From positions 338-64,337 of the forward strand of contig JAOUGE010000005.1 in the NCBI GenBank assembly GCA_029865605.1: a stretch of 64,000 nucleotides of DNA, read 5' to 3'. A program made the position numbers and the translations under genes. Below are positions 9,516 through 20,064 of this stretch, piece after piece. Position 1 is the first letter of the stretch; each line of letters starts with the position of its first letter. Under the pieces are notes generated by a model. The model searched no databases, was not told where the DNA came from, and saw only the letters and a list, made by a program, of their open reading frames with translations. The stretch comes from Candidatus Berkelbacteria bacterium (lineage in GTDB: Bacteria > Patescibacteriota > UBA1384 > DTJR01).

Positions 9516-10777
9516 TAAGTGCTTCTGGCCTGATCCCAACAAGCGCGCCACAGCCTCGTAACTTCCGCCGTCTTATTGGGTGAATCTTGTTTGCCATCCC
9601 AAAAAGGACCGAGTGTCTTTAGAACCGGAGCATATTCGCAGTTGATTGCATTTTCTCCTAGCCTACATGTATTAGCACCGTCTGAGCCTGATTCTAAAAC
9701 ATAGTCGTATTGATCTCTAAGCCTTCCATTGTTCATCCAGGCAGCCATTTGGATTTTGATTTCTCTTCCACCTATGATTTCAGATTTAGTTATATCGATA
9801 TTAATGTCCTCGTACTTACCGCTTGACAATGTCTTTGTTTCTCCGGCAATTATATTATCGTTTTGAATAACCACAGCACAGACCCAGGCCCCGTGGTCTC
9901 TTTGGGTGTCAACTGTCTTGCCTCTATCTTTCGAATAAACAAGTCCACTTCTTCCTCTAGTCACGATTATTGAGCTGAGGAGGTTGGCAGGCAAGACTGT
10001 CACCGGCTCCGAAGAGTATCGAGGCTTGCCCTCTTCACCGGTAGCCGGTTCAGCTTCGGTGCTAGTTTGGCTTTTTGAGCCTGAAGTAACGGGTGCGCCA
10101 AGCTGACTGGAGCTTGGTGGACCGATTGCCGGTTGGGCGGCCGGAGCTGCTTGTTGGGCGGCGGCTTTGGCCTTTGCTTCTTCTTGCTCCTTTTTCCAGG
10201 TTTCGTAAGTCGTGTTTTTCTGGACTGGATTAATTGGTATGTCGTTAATGGCCAATACGTCATAATCAACGCTGTTGGGGCCAACGCAGGCCGGTTTCAG
10301 CGAAGATTGAATGACAGCGTATTTTTTTTGGTTGTCAGGCAAGGCATCAAAAGCCGCCTTGTCCTGAACGATTTGAATTTTCTGCCCGCCGGAGGTTGCT
10401 CTGGAAATGTAAGCATCTACTACCGTAGCGTTAGCAGCGCTGTTGCAGGGTTCATCTTCATTAATCTCCGGAACTTTGATTTGGGTGCATCTCCAATATT
10501 CTTCTCCCATCTTGTCATAATAAGCTTGATGGGCTCCTTTTTCGGTAATTCCTCCAGGGTAGTTATTGATTGCCACCTTGCCGCCGATGCATTTATCCAT
10601 ACTTAAACGGGTGGTTGAAGTGGCATTTTGCGAAGTGCTTGCCAGCAGGGGGTTTTGAGCATTCTGATAGGCCAAAAATCCCACCGTAAAAGCAAAGACC
10701 GTCGCACCGATCCCTGCCATTGCCCAGCTTGCCACACTAAAAAACCTTGGAGCTTCGCGTTTTTCGCCTTCCGCCAT
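9512..10777 (-). CDS. Hypothetical membrane-anchored protein with a low-complexity A/Q/P/S linker
   Basis: 421-aa ORF with an N-terminal TM segment (WAMAGIGATVFAFTVGFLAY). Its stop codon overlaps the ftsH stop (CTAG). Confidence 0.5.
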   Translation of the reverse strand: MAEGEKREAPRFFSVASWAMAGIGATVFAFTVGFLAYQNAQNPLLASTSQNATSTTRLSMDKCIGGKVAINNYPGGITEKGAHQAYYDKMGEEYWRCTQIKVPEINEDEPCNSAANATVVDAYISRATSGGQKIQIVQDKAAFDALPDNQKKYAVIQSSLKPACVGPNSVDYDVLAINDIPINPVQKNTTYETWKKEQEEAKAKAAAQQAAPAAQPAIGPPSSSQLGAPVTSGSKSQTSTEAEPATGEEGKPRYSSEPVTVLPANLLSSIIVTRGRSGLVYSKDRGKTVDTQRDHGAWVCAVVIQNDNIIAGETKTLSSGKYEDINIDITKSEIIGGREIKIQMAAWMNNGRLRDQYDYVLESGSDGANTCRLGENAINCEYAPVLKTLGPFWDGKQDSPNKTAEVTRLWRACWDQARSTY

Positions 10778-10933
10778 TTTTCCTCCTTTAAAGTCCTTGT
10801 TTCTTGCCTTAATGATAACAGACCAGACTAAGGTTTGTCAAAGTGGAATCTGCCAGCCACTATCGTGTATTATATGGTATGTTATGAGTTTTTCTATTCT
10901 ATATTCTTAATTCATGACCCTTAATTCACTCAC

Positions 10934-12802
10934 ATGGATATTCTAAAGGACTTAAACGACCGGCAAAAAAAAGCGGTTATTCAAACCGAGGGCCCTGTTT
11001 TGATATTAGCCGGAGCGGGATCGGGCAAAACCCGAGCTTTGACCCATCGGATCGCTTATTTAATTAAGGAAAAACATATACGAGCTGATAACATTTTAGC
11101 CGTTACCTTCACCAACAAAGCCGCCGGGGTGATGAAAGAACGTGTTGCCGCACTACTGGGGGCTAGAGACTGGAGGCTAAAGGCTGCTCTGCCCTGGCTT
11201 GGAACTTTCCACTCGATTTGTGTCAGGATTTTAAGGAGGGAAGGGAAGGCCCTTGGGATTTCAAATAAATTTATTATTTATGACGAGGATGACTCGATGC
11301 GGGCGATCAAGAGGGCGATGAGAGAACTTGAAATTGCGGAAAAAAAACACAATCCACGCGCAATTAAGGCCTATATTTCGGGTGCGAAAGGGGAGTTGAT
11401 CAAAGCCGAGGCCTACAGTGGCTATGCCAACGATTATTTTCAAAAAATCGTCGCCCGTGTTTATCTTAAATATGAAAAGATGTTGGAGGGCTCTGATGCG
11501 CTTGATTTTGACGATCTTATCTTAAAAACAGTTGAACTTTTTCAAAAATTCCCCGAAATTCTAGATAAATATCAAGACAGGTTTCGCTATATTTTGGTTG
11601 ACGAATATCAGGATACCAATCACGCTCAATATATTTTTCTCAAACTTCTTTCTCAAAAGTATCGCAATGTCTTTGTGATAGGGGACGACTGGCAGTCAAT
11701 TTACTCGTTTCGGGGCGCAAAATTCCAAAATATCCTTGATTTTAAGAAGGATTATCCGGAGGCCAAGGTCATTTTACTTGAAGAAAATTATCGCTCAACA
11801 GCGCCGATTTTGGGGGCAGCTCAAGAGGTGATAAGGCAAAACGAAATGCGTTCCGATAAAAACCTATTTACAAAAAAGGGTGGGGGAGCGCCGGTAGTGC
11901 TCGTTGTCTCTCGCGACAAATTTTTGGAAATTAGTTTTATTTTGGACGAAATTCTTTCTCTGACGGTAGGGGAGAGCAAAAAATTATCGGATTTTGTTAT
12001 TTTATTTCGGACTAATGCCCAGACGAGAACTTTTGAGGAGAAACTAATCGAGAGACGACTCCCCTATCGGATCGTCGGCGGAGTCCGCTTTTATGAAAGG
12101 CGCGAGGTGAAAGATATCCTCGCCTATCTTAAATTAATCCAAAATGAAAAAGATATAGTCTCCCTCTCTCGAGTTATTAATACCCCACCCCGCGGCATAG
12201 GAGCGAAGACACTTGAAAAGATAATTTCTCTTGGAGATGAAGCTGGGGAGCAGGTGCCAAAATTCTCCGAATTTAATAATTTAATTCAGGATTTAAGGAA
12301 AGATTCAGAGCGTCTTCCCCTTCCCGACCTGATTGACAAAATTATGACAAAAACCCGTTATCGAGAATATCTTTCTGATGGGACGGTCGAGTCGCAAGGT
12401 CGGCTGGAAAATATCGAAGAGCTTAAAGCAGCCGCTTCCTCACACGCTGACTTAGCGGCTTTCTTAGAGTCGGTCTCGCTGGTTGCCGATATAGATCTGT
12501 ATAATGAAAAGGAGGAGGCGCTGACTTTAATGACTGTTCATTCGGCCAAGGGGTTGGAGTTTCCGGTTGTTTTTATTTCTGGTCTTGAAGAAGGTCTTTT
12601 TCCCCACTCGCAGTCTCTTGATAATCAGTTTGATCTTGAAGAAGAAAGACGTTTATTCTATGTTGGAATGACAAGGGCAATGGAAAGATTGTATTTAAGC
12701 TATTCAAAAGCAAAATTTACTTATGGCTCGTTTCAGGTTTGCTTGCCATCGAGGTTTTTAGATGAGCTCTCTCAGGACAAAATGGATCTAGTTGAGATAT
12801 AA
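10934..12802 (+). CDS. pcrA: UvrD/PcrA-type superfamily 1 DNA helicase
   Basis: GAGSGKTRALTHRIAYLI (Walker A), DEYQDTN, and VHSAKGLEFPVVF motifs. Confidence 0.9.
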   Translation: MDILKDLNDRQKKAVIQTEGPVLILAGAGSGKTRALTHRIAYLIKEKHIRADNILAVTFTNKAAGVMKERVAALLGARDWRLKAALPWLGTFHSICVRILRREGKALGISNKFIIYDEDDSMRAIKRAMRELEIAEKKHNPRAIKAYISGAKGELIKAEAYSGYANDYFQKIVARVYLKYEKMLEGSDALDFDDLILKTVELFQKFPEILDKYQDRFRYILVDEYQDTNHAQYIFLKLLSQKYRNVFVIGDDWQSIYSFRGAKFQNILDFKKDYPEAKVILLEENYRSTAPILGAAQEVIRQNEMRSDKNLFTKKGGGAPVVLVVSRDKFLEISFILDEILSLTVGESKKLSDFVILFRTNAQTRTFEEKLIERRLPYRIVGGVRFYERREVKDILAYLKLIQNEKDIVSLSRVINTPPRGIGAKTLEKIISLGDEAGEQVPKFSEFNNLIQDLRKDSERLPLPDLIDKIMTKTRYREYLSDGTVESQGRLENIEELKAAASSHADLAAFLESVSLVADIDLYNEKEEALTLMTVHSAKGLEFPVVFISGLEEGLFPHSQSLDNQFDLEEERRLFYVGMTRAMERLYLSYSKAKFTYGSFQVCLPSRFLDELSQDKMDLVEI

Positions 12803-12804
12803 AG

Positions 12805-13782
12805 ATGGATAATCCCCTTTTTATTTTTAGGTTGACTTATATTACCCTCTTTTCTCTTCTTATAGTTTTCGCCGTCGTTTTTTGGCCGCAGCAGCACCGC
12901 CGCGCCCAAGTTTTAGGGGCATACGATGAGAATTATTTAGTTGGACGCGCGATTAGTTTAGCTGGCTTTGGGGCGGAGGATAGAGCGGTTGAGCCGGAGA
13001 TAAATTATCTTTTCCCAGGCGAAAAAATCGAATTAGATATTCTCGATCCATCTTTGAGGGTTGTTAATATTTTTGATTTAAACCTTGGTGTGGGTGCCAT
13101 TCAGGTCATTTTTCACGCCCCTGAATATAAAGTTACCGATGCTGGAAGGGCGACTTATGTCCGTAGTTTTAAGGCGAAAGTAGGGGGTGTAATCGCTGAC
13201 GGAGGAATTGTTTTGGCCAAAGAAGATATGGTCAAGCCGTCTCTTGACTCTCTTGCGCAGCGCGACATAGAGATAACGCGGGTCAGCATTGCAGAGATCG
13301 AGGAATTTGAAACTATCTCCTATCAGACGAAGGAGATTGAGGATTCAAATCTTGAGCGAGGCCTTAAAAGGGTTGAGAAAGCGGGTCGGACCGGAAAGAA
13401 AAAACATGTTTTTAAAGTTCGGCGCGAGAACGGCCTTGAAGTTGCTCGAGACTTGATTCGCTCGGAAGTGGTTGAAAAGCCAGAAGACAGGGTAATAAGA
13501 ATTGGCACTAAGGTTGTTGTTTTAAGTTCGGTTAGAGGTTACGCGACAGCAACAAATCTTTCTAATGCCGTTGTGAGCGCCAATTATCGGCGAGGGACTT
13601 TGATCAGAATAACTAATCTGGCAAATGGGGTATCAATTTTCAAGACCGTCAACTATACTTGGGGCATCGCCTCGCCGCCGGATGGCGTCGTTCTGGATTT
13701 ATCCTGGAACATTCTGGACGAACTGAAGTTTAGTGGTCAAGGTAAGGGCCCGATGGTTTTAGTTGAGGAAATTAAACAGTAA
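12805..13782 (+). CDS. G5 domain protein with C-terminal RlpA/3D-like domain (YabE/RpfB-like)
   Basis: N-terminal TM segment. G5-like stretch (ISYQTKEIEDSNLERGLKRVEKAGRTGKK...VIRIGTK). C-terminal double-psi beta-barrel-like region. Confidence 0.55.
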   Translation: MDNPLFIFRLTYITLFSLLIVFAVVFWPQQHRRAQVLGAYDENYLVGRAISLAGFGAEDRAVEPEINYLFPGEKIELDILDPSLRVVNIFDLNLGVGAIQVIFHAPEYKVTDAGRATYVRSFKAKVGGVIADGGIVLAKEDMVKPSLDSLAQRDIEITRVSIAEIEEFETISYQTKEIEDSNLERGLKRVEKAGRTGKKKHVFKVRRENGLEVARDLIRSEVVEKPEDRVIRIGTKVVVLSSVRGYATATNLSNAVVSANYRRGTLIRITNLANGVSIFKTVNYTWGIASPPDGVVLDLSWNILDELKFSGQGKGPMVLVEEIKQ

Positions 13783-13784
13783 AG

Positions 13785-14585
13785 ATGAAAGAAAAGGTTT
13801 TTGCTAAAAAGTCGCTTGGACAACACTTTCTTAAATCTGAAAGGGTCTTAGACGGTATTGTTAAGGCGGCGGAGATTAAAAAAGAGGACACGGTTTTTGA
13901 AATCGGGCCGGGAACGGGAAATCTCACTCAGAAATTGCTCGCCTCCCCCGCTAAAATGATTATTGCCTGTGAAAAGGATGATGAATTATACCGAAGTTTA
14001 TTGGAAAAGTTTAAAAGCAAAAGATTGAAATTAATTCATCAAGATGCACTTTTGCTGATACCTGGTTTACAAGCCGAGTCCCCCCTTAAAGTCGTGGCAA
14101 ATCTTCCTTATAATATTGCATCTCCGGCAATTATTTCTCTTTTGAGTGTTTGCCCGACTCTGCCGGAGCGCCTCGTCGTAATGGTTCAAAAAGAAGTCGC
14201 CGAGCGCTTAACTGCTAAGCCCGATGATTCAAATAGGGGACTTTTAACCGTTTTTCTTGAGCTTTTTGGAACGGTAAAAATTATCGAGAAGGTGTCGCGA
14301 AGCCAGTTCTATCCCCCGCCCCAGGTAGAGTCGGCGGTGATTTTGATCGGCGGTATAAAGAGGCCCGAATTTAAACCAAAAGATACCTTAAAAATCTTAA
14401 AGCTTGCCTTTGCCGGAAAACGCAAAAAAATAAAAAATTCGCTTTTTTCGAGTTTGCAGATCTCCTCTAGCAAATCAGAAGTGATAGCAACAGAATGTGG
14501 CATCTCCCTCGACCAAAGGCCGGAGGAGCTCGATAGAAATCAGTGGGCCAAATTAATAAATTCTCTAGTCAATAGTTTGGAATAA
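13785..14585 (+). CDS. rsmA: 16S rRNA (adenine1518/1519-N6)-dimethyltransferase RsmA/KsgA
   Basis: KSLGQHFL, EIGPGTGNLT SAM motif and NLPYNI. Confidence 0.9.
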   Translation: MKEKVFAKKSLGQHFLKSERVLDGIVKAAEIKKEDTVFEIGPGTGNLTQKLLASPAKMIIACEKDDELYRSLLEKFKSKRLKLIHQDALLLIPGLQAESPLKVVANLPYNIASPAIISLLSVCPTLPERLVVMVQKEVAERLTAKPDDSNRGLLTVFLELFGTVKIIEKVSRSQFYPPPQVESAVILIGGIKRPEFKPKDTLKILKLAFAGKRKKIKNSLFSSLQISSSKSEVIATECGISLDQRPEELDRNQWAKLINSLVNSLE

Positions 14586-14611
14586 GTTAGCACCTTCTTC
14601 TCGGGCTCTAC

Positions 14612-14815
14612 CTACTCATCTGCGGAGAGTGCCGGTTCGTCGGGAAGCGTTGAGCTGCAGCTGGCTTCGTTTTCAGCTTGGAGATTTCTCTGACTGGCGA
14701 TCCAGTATCCACCCATACCGAAAACAATTGCTGCGATTGCCACCAGACAGATTACCGACGTCAGGCTAAAGTTCGTTGCTTTTGGCTGTTCTTCCGCCAT
14801 CGCCCCCCTGCCCAT
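14612..14815 (-). CDS. Small hypothetical membrane protein
   Basis: 67-aa ORF with one TM helix. No homology is recognisable by eye. Confidence 0.35.
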   Translation of the reverse strand: MGRGAMAEEQPKATNFSLTSVICLVAIAAIVFGMGGYWIASQRNLQAENEASCSSTLPDEPALSADE

Positions 14816-14848
14816 AATTCTTAATTCTAAGTTCTTAATTCTGAGTTG

Positions 14849-15439
14849 CTAGTTGACCGCCATATTAATCGCCCAACCTAGTAGAAAATACTGCAAGCCT
14901 GAACTAACCCTGTCTTTGAGAGGAATTTCAACTGATAGATTAGCATTGTCCCCGATTCTGGTTTGAAAATAAAGGCTCTGGCCGAACATATTGCTCCATG
15001 GTACATTGTAGGGAAGCATACTGCCATATCTTGGAAAGGCTTGGCACTCGGGGCGGGGTAAAATCGAGCGCATTAGAACACAGTTAGTAAGCCAGTCCTG
15101 ATTGTTGTCGTATCCGCCAGGATAATTATCTCCCCATGGGTATTGGGACATTCTGTCCCAGTAAGGCATATTTTGTTCAAATCCGGCTCTATACCAAGGG
15201 TCATAATAGGGGTTGCCAATCCAGCTATTTGGGACTCCTAGCGCGCAGGTATTAAGCGGATCACCGGGCGGCGCCCAAGTGCCGTCTGGTAGCTGCTGCC
15301 ATTGACCCCCCTCGTGTTCGATACAAGTCCCCGGCGCGTATTTTGTCAGTGAACCCAAAGGATTTGCCTCTTGAGCAAAAGCAAAAATCGGCACTATTAT
15401 AACTGCTAAAAGAGATAAACAAAGCAGAAATTTTCTCAT
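14849..15439 (-). CDS. Secreted hypothetical protein rich in W/Y/P/N
   Basis: Start moved to MRKFLLCLSLLAVIIVPIFAFAQEA (signal peptide). This removes the overlap with miaA. Confidence 0.5.
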   Translation of the reverse strand: MRKFLLCLSLLAVIIVPIFAFAQEANPLGSLTKYAPGTCIEHEGGQWQQLPDGTWAPPGDPLNTCALGVPNSWIGNPYYDPWYRAGFEQNMPYWDRMSQYPWGDNYPGGYDNNQDWLTNCVLMRSILPRPECQAFPRYGSMLPYNVPWSNMFGQSLYFQTRIGDNANLSVEIPLKDRVSSGLQYFLLGWAINMAVN

Positions 15440-15473
15440 CAAGAACATTATATCACTTTTGTGAGAATATATA

Positions 15474-16364
15474 TCAAGTTGCATTCAAGAAGTGCTTTGC
15501 GATTTTTTCGGCTTCTTTATAGCTTGGTACCCACTTGACATTGCCATGATGGCGAAACCAGGTCAACTGGCGTCTTGCGTAAGCATGAATTTTGTATTTT
15601 AGCTCTTGCGACATCTGTTCAAAAGTTTGTTTATCTGGATTTAAAATGTGGTTTCCAATGATTTTATATTCTAGGCCGAGGTTCAATAGCCACTTTGGGT
15701 CAACGCCGCAGTTTAAAAGATCTCGCACTTCCTCTAACATGCCAAGTTTGAAACGCTCATTAACGCGCCGGTCAATCTTTTCGTAGAGTTTTTCTCGCGG
15801 TAAATTGATTCCAATCTGTAATGTTTGAAAATCAGGTTTTGTTTTGGTGGCACTTATTCCCTCTCCTGCCTTTTCAATTGCCCGAATCAGCCGGCGAGGG
15901 TTATTAATATCTAGCTTTTCTGTGTTGACTCGCAGTTTTTCGCATATTTTTATTAACTCTTTTGCTGTTTTCTTCTCCAACTCTTTTCTTTTATAATTTT
16001 TGCTCTTTGCTTTTGATTTTTTATTTAAATCGTAGCCCTCGCAGAGGGCTTCTACATACAGTCCTGTTCCTCCAACTACAATCGGTGATTTTCCTCGGCT
16101 AAAAATATTATCAATCGCAACCTTCGTGTTTTTAAGCCAATCAAAAACTGTGAATTTCTTCCCGGGATTACATATGTCAATCAAATGATATTTGATTTTT
16201 TCGTACTCGCCGAGATCTTTGCCGGTGCCGATATCTAATTTCTTGAAAACTTGTCTTGAGTCCGCTGAAATAATCTCACCGTTAAATTTTTCAGCGAGTT
16301 TAATCCCGACCGCTGTTTTCCCCGACGCTGTCGGCCCGACAATACAGGTTATTTTTTTGTTCAT
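15474..16364 (-). CDS. miaA: tRNA dimethylallyltransferase MiaA
   Basis: IVGPTASGKT P-loop and DSRQVFKKLDIGTGK motif. Confidence 0.9.
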   Translation of the reverse strand: MNKKITCIVGPTASGKTAVGIKLAEKFNGEIISADSRQVFKKLDIGTGKDLGEYEKIKYHLIDICNPGKKFTVFDWLKNTKVAIDNIFSRGKSPIVVGGTGLYVEALCEGYDLNKKSKAKSKNYKRKELEKKTAKELIKICEKLRVNTEKLDINNPRRLIRAIEKAGEGISATKTKPDFQTLQIGINLPREKLYEKIDRRVNERFKLGMLEEVRDLLNCGVDPKWLLNLGLEYKIIGNHILNPDKQTFEQMSQELKYKIHAYARRQLTWFRHHGNVKWVPSYKEAEKIAKHFLNAT

Positions 16365-16441
16365 AAATTTGTTTATAAGAAGGTCGAAGGCGGTCGGGGC
16401 TTGGGGCCGCCGACCGCCTGGTAGCTAGGGGGGAGCAGTTG

Positions 16442-16786
16442 TCAGAGGAGAGGGGATGGCATCCCGGCTGGAGCGGCTGAAGCGATTGCCCGGCTGATGG
16501 TCGCGGGAGTCCAGAGGGTTCCCTTGTCGAACCGTACTCTGCGGTCTCCGTGAACTGACCTGGTTGCGCGCAGCCAGGCGGATTCGACCTCGTTGGGTGG
16601 CGGCTCGTAGTGGAACAGTACTCTCACCACCCAAGCTGTCGCTGTCTGTGACCAGACATCAACGTCCGCTTCCAGTCTTCTCTCTTCTCGCCTCAGTGCA
16701 GCGATGAACTCAGCGAATACCTGTGTTACCGGCTCGGTTTGCACTTCCTCACTCCCCTTCCGTGAGTAGTACTCGCAATCTATCAA
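16442..16786 (-). CDS. GC-rich hypothetical protein (islet 1)
   Basis: 114-aa ORF whose composition is visibly much more GC-rich than its neighbours. The listed start is TTG and is uncertain. A GC hairpin AGGCGGTCGG...CCGACCGCCT lies just downstream (16388-16418). Confidence 0.45.
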   Translation of the reverse strand: MIDCEYYSRKGSEEVQTEPVTQVFAEFIAALRREERRLEADVDVWSQTATAWVVRVLFHYEPPPNEVESAWLRATRSVHGDRRVRFDKGTLWTPATISRAIASAAPAGMPSPLL

Positions 16787-16823
16787 AAATCAGGTTATAC
16801 TTCAAGCGGAAAGGGCTGGTTTT

Positions 16824-18335
16824 ATGGAGAAACTCTCAATTATTAAGTCGGTTGTTGCAGTCGGGCTCGAGCCACAGGTAGTTGATGTTGAAGTTGATGT
16901 TGGAGCGGGACTACCGGGGTTGACGATTGTCGGCCTTCCCGACAAAGCAGTTGAGGAATCGAAGGAACGAGTCCGCCTCGCTTTGAAAAATTCCGGTTTT
17001 GACTTCCCGCAAAAGAAAATTGTCGTCAACCTTGCTCCGGCTGATGTCAAAAAGGAAGGCCCGGCTTATGATTTGCCGATTGCCGTTGGAACTTTAATTG
17101 CCTCAGGCATCATCAAACCAAAAGAAATTAATAAAACCATCTTTATCGGCGAGCTCTCATTAAGCGGGAAACTGCGGGCAACGAAAGGGATAATTCAGGC
17201 CTCAATTCTAGCGAAAAAAAAGAACCTTTCCCTTGTCTGCCCGATTCAGAACCAAGCCGAAGCCAATTTGATCTCGGGTATAGAAATCCTAGCTGCCGAA
17301 GATCTTAAATCAATGGTTGCGGCATTGCTTGCTGATGATACCAGGATTTTTTCAAAAACCACCGGCGTTAAAGATGTCCCAGAGCCCGACTACGGCGATT
17401 ATGATTTTCAAAATGTTGTTGGCCAGTCTCAAGCCAAGAGAGCGCTTGAGATCGCCGCCGCCGGCGGCCACAACGTGCTTTTGTCCGGCCCGCCCGGCGG
17501 CGGCAAAACACTCTTGTCTCGCAGTATTATCTCGATCCTGCCCCCGCTTGAGGAAGAGGAGCTTTTAGAGGCAACTAAAATTTATTCCGTGGCTGGCCTT
17601 TTAACCGAAGACGAGCCGATTATTATTCGTCGTCCCTTCCGCTCCCCCCATCACACAACCTCCGCCGTGGCAATAATCGGCGGCGGGACATATCCCAAGC
17701 CCGGTGAAATATCATTGGCCAACAAAGGTGTTTTATTTTTAGATGAATTCCCCGAATTTCCCCGCTCGGTTTTGGAAGCCTTGCGCCAGCCGCTTGAAGA
17801 TAAAGTGGTTACTGTTAGCCGGGCCCAAGCCACCTATCGTTTTCCGGCTGACTTTATTTTGGTCGCGGCTAAAAATCCCTGCCCCTGCGGTTTTCTGGGA
17901 GACGAGCATCACGAGTGTAAGTGTCCGGCGACCCAAATTCTAAGCTACGATCGTCGCGTTTCCGGCCCGCTTCTAGACAGGATAGATCTTTATCTTAATG
18001 TCGGGAAAATCCCTCTCAAGAAAATCCAGTCCTCACAAAAAGAAGAAAAATCAAGTGAGGTAAAAAAGAGAGTTATCAAAGCGAGGAGACTGCAAATCTC
18101 AAGGCAGGGGAAGCTAAATAGCCAGCTTAGTAAAAAGGATCTTAATAGATTCGCCGCTCTCAACGAAGAACAGGAAGAATTTTTGGAGGGAGCGGCAGAG
18201 AAGCTTGGCCTTTCGATGCGCGGTTTTATCAAAGTTTTAAGAATTTCAAGGACTATTGCCGACCTTGCCCAAAGCAAAAATGTTTTAATGGAGCATTTGG
18301 CTGAAGCTCTCCAATATCGCCAGCGCGAGCAGTAA
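16824..18335 (+). CDS. comM: ComM/YifB Mg-chelatase-like AAA+ protein
   Basis: Lon-like N-terminal domain, GPPGGGKTLL Walker A, and the ChlI-type C-terminus. Confidence 0.85.
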   Translation: MEKLSIIKSVVAVGLEPQVVDVEVDVGAGLPGLTIVGLPDKAVEESKERVRLALKNSGFDFPQKKIVVNLAPADVKKEGPAYDLPIAVGTLIASGIIKPKEINKTIFIGELSLSGKLRATKGIIQASILAKKKNLSLVCPIQNQAEANLISGIEILAAEDLKSMVAALLADDTRIFSKTTGVKDVPEPDYGDYDFQNVVGQSQAKRALEIAAAGGHNVLLSGPPGGGKTLLSRSIISILPPLEEEELLEATKIYSVAGLLTEDEPIIIRRPFRSPHHTTSAVAIIGGGTYPKPGEISLANKGVLFLDEFPEFPRSVLEALRQPLEDKVVTVSRAQATYRFPADFILVAAKNPCPCGFLGDEHHECKCPATQILSYDRRVSGPLLDRIDLYLNVGKIPLKKIQSSQKEEKSSEVKKRVIKARRLQISRQGKLNSQLSKKDLNRFAALNEEQEEFLEGAAEKLGLSMRGFIKVLRISRTIADLAQSKNVLMEHLAEALQYRQREQ

Positions 18336-18337
18336 CT

Positions 18338-19021
18338 ATGGAATTTAAGCTACCCAAGAGTTTTGAGGGCGTGCGGATTTTTTCAAGCGAAATTACTGAC
18401 GGGCCGATGAATCGTCTTCTGGAGGAGGGCAGGAGAAACGCCCCAAAATTTCTAAGAAAAATCAGGGCAAGTAAGCCCTTCTCTTCAGCCGGCCAGCCTC
18501 ATAAGGACTTAATTAAAATTATTGAAAAAGACGGCTTTTACAAAAACGCCGATGGGCTGCTGACAAGAGGGGATTATGTCTTGGCGGTCAAGACGGCGGA
18601 CTGCATTCCCCTGCTTCTCTTTAGCCGTGAATCCTGTGTGATTGGGGCGGTTCATTTGAGCCGAAAGAACTTAATCTCGGGAATGGTTTCTAAATCCCTT
18701 AAAGAGAATCTTAAAAAATTAAAGGTCACTCCCCTATCACTCAAGATTTTTTTGGCGCCTCATATAAGATGGCCTCATTATGAAATTAAAAAGGATATTT
18801 ACGACCCCCTGCGCGGGACAAAGTGGGAGGGGTTTATTAAATCCAAAAATTCCAAAAATTATTTTGACCTAACTCAAGCGGCGGTTTGCGAGCTTGAAGG
18901 GATCGGAGTTTTAAAGGATAATATTTATGACAGCAAAGTAGACACTTATCTGTCAGATAAGTTTTATAGCGCGAGGAGGGGGCAGAACTTTGTTTTTCTA
19001 ACAGTGATTTTTAAAAAATGA
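18338..19021 (+). CDS. YfiH/PgeF (DUF152) family protein
   Basis: VKTADCIPLLLF...GAVHLSRKN pattern typical of the laccase-domain/PgeF family. Confidence 0.6.
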   Translation: MEFKLPKSFEGVRIFSSEITDGPMNRLLEEGRRNAPKFLRKIRASKPFSSAGQPHKDLIKIIEKDGFYKNADGLLTRGDYVLAVKTADCIPLLLFSRESCVIGAVHLSRKNLISGMVSKSLKENLKKLKVTPLSLKIFLAPHIRWPHYEIKKDIYDPLRGTKWEGFIKSKNSKNYFDLTQAAVCELEGIGVLKDNIYDSKVDTYLSDKFYSARRGQNFVFLTVIFKK

Positions 19022-20064
19022 GCCGACCTACAAAAAAGTTTATTTATAAGGGATTGTTTATTTTAGCTTCAATCGCTTTTATTTTTATCTTTTTTAAACA
19101 ATTCGGCTCAATCGCCAACGCGGTTGAAACTTTAGCCAAGGGCTCCTGGTATTTTATGATCGCGGTTTTTGCCCTCGTTGCCTTGGCGATTGTCAATCGG
19201 GGAGCTTTTTATCATTCACTTTACGATTTTTTCGGGGTTAATGACTCGTTAAAAAGACTGATTATCCTCTCTCTTGCTTCCAATTTTGTTAACTTAGCCG
19301 CCCCTACTGCTGGTCTTTCCGGTATGGCGATTTTTATTTCCGAGGCTGAAGATCAGGGCATGACCAAGAGCCGGGCGACTTTTGTCAATATCTTTGCCCA
19401 GTTTTTAATTTATGGAGTTTTTCTTGTCATTTTGCTTTTTGGTCTTTTTTACCTTTTGTTTAACCATCAGCTTCACAAGTATCAGGTTATAACGGCAGCG
19501 ATTTTATTTGGCATTATCTTTTTTGCCCTGGTAGTGATGTTTATTGCGCTTGAAAGCGCTGCCAGGTTAAAAAAGCTCTTTCGCTTTGTTCAAGCAATCG
19601 TTAATTTCGTGACTGGGCTATTGCAAAGAAGAGAGGTCATCAACGAAAGTCATGTCCATCTTATCAGTCAGGAAATAAGGCAGTGCCTTGGCTTGATAGA
19701 GAGAAATTGGAAGAAGCTCTGGCTTCCGGTGCTTCATGTTTTTCTAATGGAAGCGATCGAGATTTTGATTTTATATTATCTGTTTTTAGCTTTTAGATAT
19801 CCCATATACGCCGGAATTTTAATCACAGTTTACGCAATTGCCGTTCTTTTTTCTCTGATATCGATTACTCCAAGCGGCATTGGTATTGTTGAGGCAACGA
19901 TGATTTTGGTTTTAAGCAGCCTGGCTGTGCCGGTTGAAACTTCGACGATTGTCGTAGTTGGCTACAGAATTTTTACCTACTGGATTCCATTTGTTCTGGG
20001 TTATTTCGCCTTTAGGATCTTTCAAAAAACAAAGGTTGAAAGAGTGGAAAATGGCTCTCGTTGA
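19018..20064 (+). CDS. Polytopic membrane protein (UPF0104 / LPG-synthase TM-like)
   Basis: About 8 predicted TM helices. Family assignment is by general resemblance only. Confidence 0.45.
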   Translation: MSRPTKKFIYKGLFILASIAFIFIFFKQFGSIANAVETLAKGSWYFMIAVFALVALAIVNRGAFYHSLYDFFGVNDSLKRLIILSLASNFVNLAAPTAGLSGMAIFISEAEDQGMTKSRATFVNIFAQFLIYGVFLVILLFGLFYLLFNHQLHKYQVITAAILFGIIFFALVVMFIALESAARLKKLFRFVQAIVNFVTGLLQRREVINESHVHLISQEIRQCLGLIERNWKKLWLPVLHVFLMEAIEILILYYLFLAFRYPIYAGILITVYAIAVLFSLISITPSGIGIVEATMILVLSSLAVPVETSTIVVVGYRIFTYWIPFVLGYFAFRIFQKTKVERVENGSR